Positions 46,178 to 64,000 of a stretch of DNA of 64,000 nucleotides are shown one piece after another; position 1 is the first letter of the stretch; the number at the start of each line of letters is the position of its first letter. The position numbers and the translations under genes are program-made. The notes below the pieces were generated by a model. It was not told where the DNA came from, ran no database searches, and saw only the letters and a list, made by a program, of their open reading frames with translations. Origin of the DNA: Chrysomallon squamiferum (lineage: Eukaryota; Animalia; Mollusca); contig CM022678.1 of the NCBI GenBank assembly GCA_012295275.1, forward strand, positions 12,214,001 through 12,278,000, given 5' to 3'.

Positions 46178-48209
46178 ATAGCAACTGGCACAGATTTTGT
46201 TTCCATAGCAACACATCTCATTGAGATTATTTCCAGATGTTTTCAGTTAATGTTTCTGATTTCTGCGTTTTTGTTTTTAAAAAAATTTTGTTTTGTTCTT
46301 GTTTGTTTATTTAGTTAGGTATATAATTTATTTATTTATTTATTATTTTAAACATACCACTTAAAATAAAAATAACTTACATTTATTTTTTTATTTTATT
46401 TTTTTTTTTTAAATATTCTATTCTATAATATTTTTCTTTGAAAAAAACAAATAACAAAGGCCATTAATTTGAGATATATGAAACTTTTTTTTTTTTTTGG
46501 AAAGTAAAATTTGTTGAATATATATATATATATTTATATTCCTACTTGCATATTAATTTATTGTCACTGTTGTATATATTTGATATCTTATAATAATTCA
46601 TAATATATACACATATTAAATATATACTGTAGATGTAATATTTCTATTTCTATTTGTGTATATTGGGATGTTATATTTATATTTGCATAAATTTAGAAAC
46701 TATATATATATATCAAATGTAAAATGCATAAAATATTAATTTAAATTTAATAATATATATATTTACATACATATATTTAATCTCAATATTGAATGATTAT
46801 CAGTAACCACAATATCCTTTATCATTTTAAAAACATTTATTTATTGTGAAAGTTAAAATTACCCCCACCTTTCTATTCATACTTCTACAATAAACTGATT
46901 GAAGTTTCAGTTAAATATTTATTTTTATGAAAGTATGTTTGTTGTTAAAATCAAGCTTTGTATACAAAACAACACTGTCATTTACTGAACTGATTTTTTT
47001 TAAAGTGTCATATTTTATATTAACGAATGTTAGTTGTCAAATAGGTTTTTTAAGGGGTAGGAGGGAAGAGTTGGGTAGCATTTAACATTAAATTTGAAAT
47101 AATCTTGGATTTCTTAATATCACATTTTTATTTGTGCTTTTAATAATTTAAGTTGTTGTTGAAAACCTTTAGTAAAAATCTAAAATTACATTCTAAAATG
47201 TAAATGATTAAATCACAATATATTGAAAGAAATATTGATATTGATTTATTTTGGTGTAGATCCAATTTCTTATACAATAGTGGTTTGCTTATGAATTTAA
47301 AAATGATAAATTATAAAGGTACTTTTTAAAATGAATTTTTTTTTTACTGCTTTTTAGCTATATCTCAACAAATAGCTTAGGGACAGATTAATTTTATAAA
47401 TAAATTAAAATTATTTTTTTTTATTTTTATTTTATAATCTTTTTTATTAGATGTTTAAAATCGGCATATTTATGAAGACATATTTCTAATCATATAATAA
47501 CTTTTAATATTTATAATTAAAAAATAATAAATTATTAGTATTTAATTCTTTGACATTTTTGTAGGCATAATATAGTGTCTTAGTTATATGCAGGAAGCTG
47601 AACTGTAACATTAAGTTCAAAATAGTAACATACTTAATGTCAATCTTCATAATAAAACAAATATTTTTAAAACATGAAGGTGAATTGTGATAGTGTATGG
47701 ATTATAAAACTGATACCCAAGATAAATGCCAATTCTCTCAGAATTTCTTTTTTTGAAACATAAATGTTTACCATTACAGTCTAGGTTTAAATTGCATTAT
47801 TGTTCAAAACAATTTATTTATTTTCTTTTTCTTAAATTTTATTATGAAGATACATAAATATATATTTATTCCTATTGATTTTTTTTTTTTTTTTATGAAT
47901 GTAAATTTGTTATTTGTTACAGAAATAGTGTTTTTACTGACTGTCCATTTGTTGTTGAACATTCCACTGTTTTAATTCTGGGTAAAATACAGATCTGTGA
48001 TAATATGCTTGATCTGTTCAGCTGTGATAATAACAATTAAAACAAACCTGTGGTGGATATTGACATACAAATACACATATTTTAAAAATCTCTATGTCAT
48101 AGAAGTCTAATCTTTACTAACAATAAAATAAAATGGTAACCTTACTCGTATACCAAAAACATCAGTTGTTATAAAATAACATATATTATTATATATCTGT
48201 ATCTATTTC

Positions 48210-48302
48210 TATATCCATATCTATATCTATAGCCATATCTATATCTATATCTATATCTATGTCTATGTCTATATCTATATCTATATCTATATCTATATCT
48301 AT
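48210..48302. repeat. (ATATCT)n hexanucleotide microsatellite
   Basis: Directly visible tandem atatct/atgtct units. Confidence 0.9.
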
Positions 48303-49310
48303 AGATTATACATAGAGATATAACTATATAAATGAAAGTCAATACACTTAAAGATATTTTATTTAAATCATATTTGTTTTTATATCTTGATAATAAGTAT
48401 GCAAATTGACAATTAACATGATGTTAATACCACCACAGGTATTCTTTAATTTTAATTTTCAAATCTGGAAACCTCTTGTTTCTTTGTATTTCTAGTTTAT
48501 AATCTAGTCCTATTTAACCTCATTCCAATTCTGTTCTCCAGAAAACATTATTTTTAAATTAGTGTTTGTTTTGTTATGATCAGATGTTATGAACATTGAA
48601 TGTAGTTGTATGTTCTGAGAAACAAATTTAAAAGTTTATAAAGTATTTTTATAATACAATTTAAAAATAAAAAGTAAAAGTTATTTTTAGGGTATAATCA
48701 TTTTTGGGGGAGATTGTTTTTTGAATCTTTTAATAATAAAAAATATATATTCCAGTTACAAACATAAATTTGATTCCTCAATGATTTAAAAAAATAATAA
48801 TAATAATACATACAGAGTAATAATAGTATAAATAAAATTACATATTTGAATATTTTGATAAAATAAGGAAACATTCCATTATTTTTGTTTTAATATTGAT
48901 AAAAAAAAAAAGTTTAAATATATTTCTACTATAATTCATGAAGGAAGTCTTTATTAGTCAATTTATATGTTTGAAATTTTTTTGTATATTCTGATATTTA
49001 ATACTTTGATATTATATGTAGAACTAGTCAAATAATAGTGTATATCTCACCTTGGCCTTACAGTGCAATCACCAACTGATGTTGGTGTGTACTTAATTTC
49101 ATTAACCTTACTTGCTATAGTCTAACTTCAGTTTAAAACATACCGAACATAAAAAGAAAAGAAATGAAATATGGATCAGTAAATATTTTCATGAAAAATA
49201 ATACTCAAATCACTGGATAAAAATTGTTGAGAAAAAAAGACTATTTTTTTTTTTACATAAAACTATGTTGTCACCCATCAAAACAAAAAAATAAATTGTG
49301 TGTGTATATT

Positions 49311-49341
<31 letters not shown>

Positions 49342-50668
49342 CATTTTGTATTAAATAATATTTATACATTTATAAATGTCATGAATTTATCAAAAAGTCA
49401 TGTGAGATTTTTTAATTTACAGTTTACAGTTGTGGCTTACTTATTAATATAAATTAAATTAAAGATACAAATTTACATAAAACTTTAATAATACTGTTGC
49501 TTATTACAAAAATAACACATGAAAATAAAATTACATTTTAAAATTTTATTTCATACTGAATTGAATTTAAATGTATCTAAATTCTATTTATATACAAAAC
49601 TATTTAGTTTGTTTTATTAATAATTTTTATACATTTATTAAGTTGGACATAATTTTTAATTGCACAAATTTTATAAATTGTTCTGTAATTTTTAATTAGT
49701 CATTTAAAAACATTCAGTGTAAAATTCAGCGACTTTCATCTCTCAAATATGAATGTATCATAAAAATAAATATTGCTTTTATACCAGATTATATTTTCTA
49801 TTAAAAATTTATCCACAGTTCATATTATTAAAAAAAAAAAAAATGAAATGAAATGAATTGAAAAAAAAAAAAAATATATATATACTAAAAAAAAAAAAAA
49901 AAAAAAAAATTAAATTAAAAAAAAACAAGAGAATGAAATGTATGTTTTAAACTGTTTAAAAAGCAGCAGGTCACATGTAGAATTAAAAACTGTATTGTAA
50001 TCATAATAAAGTTGGTGCATAAATCGCAGAAATTTAATGTTTGTCTACCTTTGTTTCCTGTTATTTTTTTATTTGTTTTGTAAATTATTTGGTGGCAGAA
50101 TCATCTTTCTTATTTATCAGGATTTTGTTTTGGGAATATCAATGGTGCTTTTTTGTTTGTATTTTTGTTTATTATCACCTGATTTTGTTTTCGTTGTAAT
50201 TATTTATTTCTTTCCATTTTGTTACTTACTTATTTATAATTAATTTATTCTACATGCCTATTTTTATTTAATAATATTCATTCATGCATAACATTCCATT
50301 TTACCTTTATATGTTTGTATATATATCCTTGTTATTTCTTGTTTCATGAATTTACATTTTTCACACTTTTTGTATGTACTGGGTTTTTTTTTAAATACAC
50401 ACACAAAACATAAACACATTTAAGAGGAAATTTGGCTATTATATTAACTTTTGAACGCTAGAATATTTTTAAAATAACTGTATTAAAGCTTCAATAAGAA
50501 TAGTTTCTTTAAAAAACCCAAGTATTTTGTAAAAGTTTTAATGTATGAATATTACTGGTTGATTGAAACATTGTCAGCCAATCACTGCTCATTTTACAAA
50601 ATATTACAGGCTTTGCTTTGTATTTTATTTTCTCTTTATTTATTATATTTATTTATTAATAATATTAC

Positions 50669-50711
<43 letters not shown>

Positions 50712-51686
50712 GTTATTTTTTTATTCCCTCATTTGATAATTTTCTGATTTTATAATTCAAATCAACCTGTTTGCTTTTATCATTTTACACTGGACAATAA
50801 AAAAGTCATTTGTTATAAAAAATAGTTTTCTTTCAATCTGCTACTGAATGTTCTGGTCAAGCATTAGAAAATTCCATAATAACTTTAATTTTTTATTTAT
50901 TAATAATACATCTTTAATCTTTACCTTGCTGGCATTAAGAATCAGAATTATCTGTTCTGTATTTGATGTAGAACACCATTTGTAATTCGGTTTAAGCATA
51001 GGACCATTTATAATTCATATAAGCAATCGTCATTTGTAAAATTTGTCATCAACACGCATACAGCCATTTATAATTTATCTTTGGATGTTAATCCTCTTCA
51101 GTTGTGAACTGTAATGACTGCACGAGAACCGGATTATTACATCTTTTTTTTCTGAACTGTCATTTGTTATTTATTTTTTAACTGTACTGTTCGCTATTTT
51201 CACGCTTATTGTAATTATTATAGAAATTTATTTATTACATTCGTTTCAAAATTTCTTTACATTTTATATTTTAATGGAATCACAAAATCTGGCTATTAAT
51301 ATTCTAGAATGGTTCCATATCAGTAGATAATAACGTTATATGTAGTTTTAAGTCAAAAATTAATATCTACCTAGTCCAGATATTTTAACTGTATTTTGTA
51401 AGCTATAATTAGGCCAGTTATTCTCTAATTATGCACATTTATTTATTCAGTTCTTCATTTATATAAATTCACTCATTTTATTTTTCTTCTATTTGTGAGT
51501 TTAGTCATTTGGAATGGGAAAAACAGCATTGTTTAATTTATATTTTATGTGAATAAAATAAAAATGTTTTTATTTTTTTTCCAATTACAAAAATTAAAAC
51601 ATTTCTGATGGGTGTGTATCCACTGATTTAATTACAGGTGGGCAATGGTAAAATTTTCAACATTTCATTGTCATTCAACAGATGAA

Positions 51687-51736
<50 letters not shown>

Positions 51737-53893
51737 GTGATGATGATAATTTAAACATATTTTTAATTGTATTACTATTTATTATTATTTATTATTATTA
51801 GCAGCGAGTATATAGCACTATTGTTTCTGATTTTTAATAGTTTTGAGACTTATTTCACCATCCTGATCCATTTGCCCAAGCCTTGTGAGAATGTATGCAA
51901 GGCAACAACTGTTACTTTTGTTTGTTATTGTGACATCCATGTTGTTATTATATGATATAATCATATCACCCAGGTAATAAAACATCTTTGTTAAATTTTG
52001 TTTTGTTTTTAATCACACATGCACACACAGTCACACATGATAATATATCTCTATGACTCTGAAAATCAAATCAAGGATATAGTTGTGTTATCAACTTTTG
52101 AGTCACCAATTTCATGTAGGCATAATTTTATTTATTTTTCAGTAAATATATAAACACTTAACTAACACTTCTAATAGAATTTACTGTTTTGGGGTTTATC
52201 AGATTGAACATTTCAGTCAAGTTGCTAACAGTTTTCCTTGTGTATTTAACTCCAGCCATGGAGACAAGAGAAGTATGAAAATAAAACAACAGAATACAAA
52301 TGTCTGCATAACACACACCAGCACAACACTTTTATTTAGACTGGTTAAAATGTAGTTTTAGTGGAGGATTGATTAATTTTCATTAATATTTAGTTGAATG
52401 AATATGGCCGAGTGTATCAGAAAAAATGGAACTGAAATGTAGGTGGATAGAGGATCTGTATTTTTGCTGTGTCTGTTGGAATTTTTGATTTTTTTTATAA
52501 CTGGTTTACAAAACAGTTTAAACTTTCCTATCTATTGACCTCTATGTATGTATGTGTGTATGTATGTATGTATGTATATATATATATATATTGTATTAGT
52601 TATTAAAACACAAATTAAAAAGTAGCACTACACAGGGTAACCGACAGTTTCGTGTCTTTGTAACTAAAATATTAACAAAAAAAAGAAAAAGTCAAATATT
52701 TAGTCAAAAATTAATGGAAATCAACATGAGTAGTTTTAACTTGAAGAACAATGAAGAGCAATAAGAAAGAAAATGTGAAATGTGAGAAAATATCAAACAG
52801 GAATATTGTTTGAATATTTTTATCTAAATGATTCATGATTTGATCTTTCACTCTTGTTTCATCATCTGTTCCTTGTTGTAATGTTATATCAAAAATAATT
52901 ATGACTTTACTGACATGGTGATTACTAAACTCAGTACTAAACAAGTTAAAAAATAAAAATTAAAAAAAAGAAAAAAAAAGGAAAAAAAAGAGAAAAACTA
53001 ATAACAATAAAATAATTCATATAATATTCACATAATTTACATATCATTGTTTTCATTTTTTTCTATCAGAACTGTCAGATAAAATTCCTACGATTTTATT
53101 ACGTTACTATGGCTTTAGTGTTATACTTAATCTCTTAAAACCTTCATGAATTTATGTATGTAATTAAAATAAAAACAGCATCACCAAAACCTGTCATATA
53201 ATGTGTATGTATACACTCATGTCAAATATGTGAGGCAGAGAATCAAAGCTAGTCCTGGTACAATGTAAATCTGCAGTATACAGAGACAGAAGTATTAAAT
53301 TTAAATAAGTATTTATATTTTATTTTTAATAAACATCTCAAACTGTTGATATTTATGTTTGACAGACCTCAAAAAGACACCAAATTTAAATTCTGAAACA
53401 AGTTTCTTTATAATATTCACCAATATATTAGGAACAAACTAAATGGTCCAATAGTCGCAATTTAAAAGCAATATTAAGTTTTTATTGATTTTCTTTTCTT
53501 TTTTTTTTTTTTTTTTGGTCAATATTTTAGTAATTTTAGTCCATAAAGGCATAAAAGCAGTTTACATTGCATCGAATTTATGCTTTTAATGACGATCTGA
53601 AGCATATTCTATTAACGGTATTGCTATAATTATTAGACTCAATTCAACATCGATCCGCTATGCGGTACTAATCGGGTTTCATATAACTGTCTGTTCCGGA
53701 TTTTGTAACCTTTCAGAAGGGGAACTAACTCTATGGCATACTTTAAGTTTTTGGTGATATTTGTTATTTTGCTTTTCGAACCTTATAAATGAATAATGAA
53801 GAGGATTATGGTTAACTTTCTTTCATACACATATAATAGTGGTATGCGATAAATGTATTTCTCCTTGCAGTGAGTTATAAAAAACACCTCGAA

Positions 53894-63657
<9,764 letters not shown>

Positions 63658-64000
63658 GTGAGTTTTCATTTATTTTAACAAAAAAGTTTTAATAAAGAAA
63701 GAGACAAGCAGCAAGGGATCCTATAAATGTTTGTGAGAAACTGTAAAAATGTACCACAGCTTTTGACAAATGAGTCATATTGAACTCTTGGCTGTAGCCT
63801 AAATATTGCACTAAAAGATAATAATCTTGAAACCGATTTCTGTATATAGGAAGCTAACTCTTTTAAAAGTTCAAATGCATTTCTTTTAATAAATTTCACC
63901 ACTATTAGCAACTAACACAGAAATGTTTTGAAATGATTTATTATAAAAAGAAATACTCCACATAAAAAGGCTGAGAAGTTTGAATTATCAAATCTGTTTT

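Noticed and set aside
46178-53890. Hidden gene or RNA gene in the 7.7-kb AT-rich interval
   Set aside because: No GC-richer exon-like islands with consistent splice phases and no recognisable tRNA, rRNA or snRNA. Probably a long 3'UTR plus intergenic DNA.

Overview
AT-rich, microsatellite-dense eukaryotic (animal) genomic DNA, probably a lophotrochozoan such as a mollusc (inferred from gene content and repeat style); it is not prokaryotic. I reconstructed six protein-coding genes by hand from splice sites and reading-frame phase: (1) a DHHC palmitoyltransferase with a single-exon CDS (+, 1265-2320); (2) a 10-exon calpain-like pseudo-protease (-, 22926-4567) with catalytic Cys->Ala and Asn->Cys, a ~400-aa low-complexity insert, no PEF domain and a predicted CaaX end supplied by 13 coding nt in the last exon; (3) a 4-exon, 168-aa orphan gene with a possible degenerate GIY-YIG fold (-, 33955-30630); (4) PDCL3 (-, 41198-37287); (5) a BTB-BACK plus C2H2 zinc-finger gene with an SP-x-Y octapeptide repeat (+, 42701-46177); (6) the first 14 coding exons of WDR48/UAF1 (+, from 53894, running off the window). 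Also present: hAT-type and Tigger4/Zombi-like MITEs, minisatellites, palindromes, RFX X-box motifs and a recurrent pattern of degraded copies of exon/donor junctions inside downstream introns. Most short ORFs in the supplied track are microsatellite or antisense artefacts. All family assignments come from motif recognition and none were confirmed by database search.
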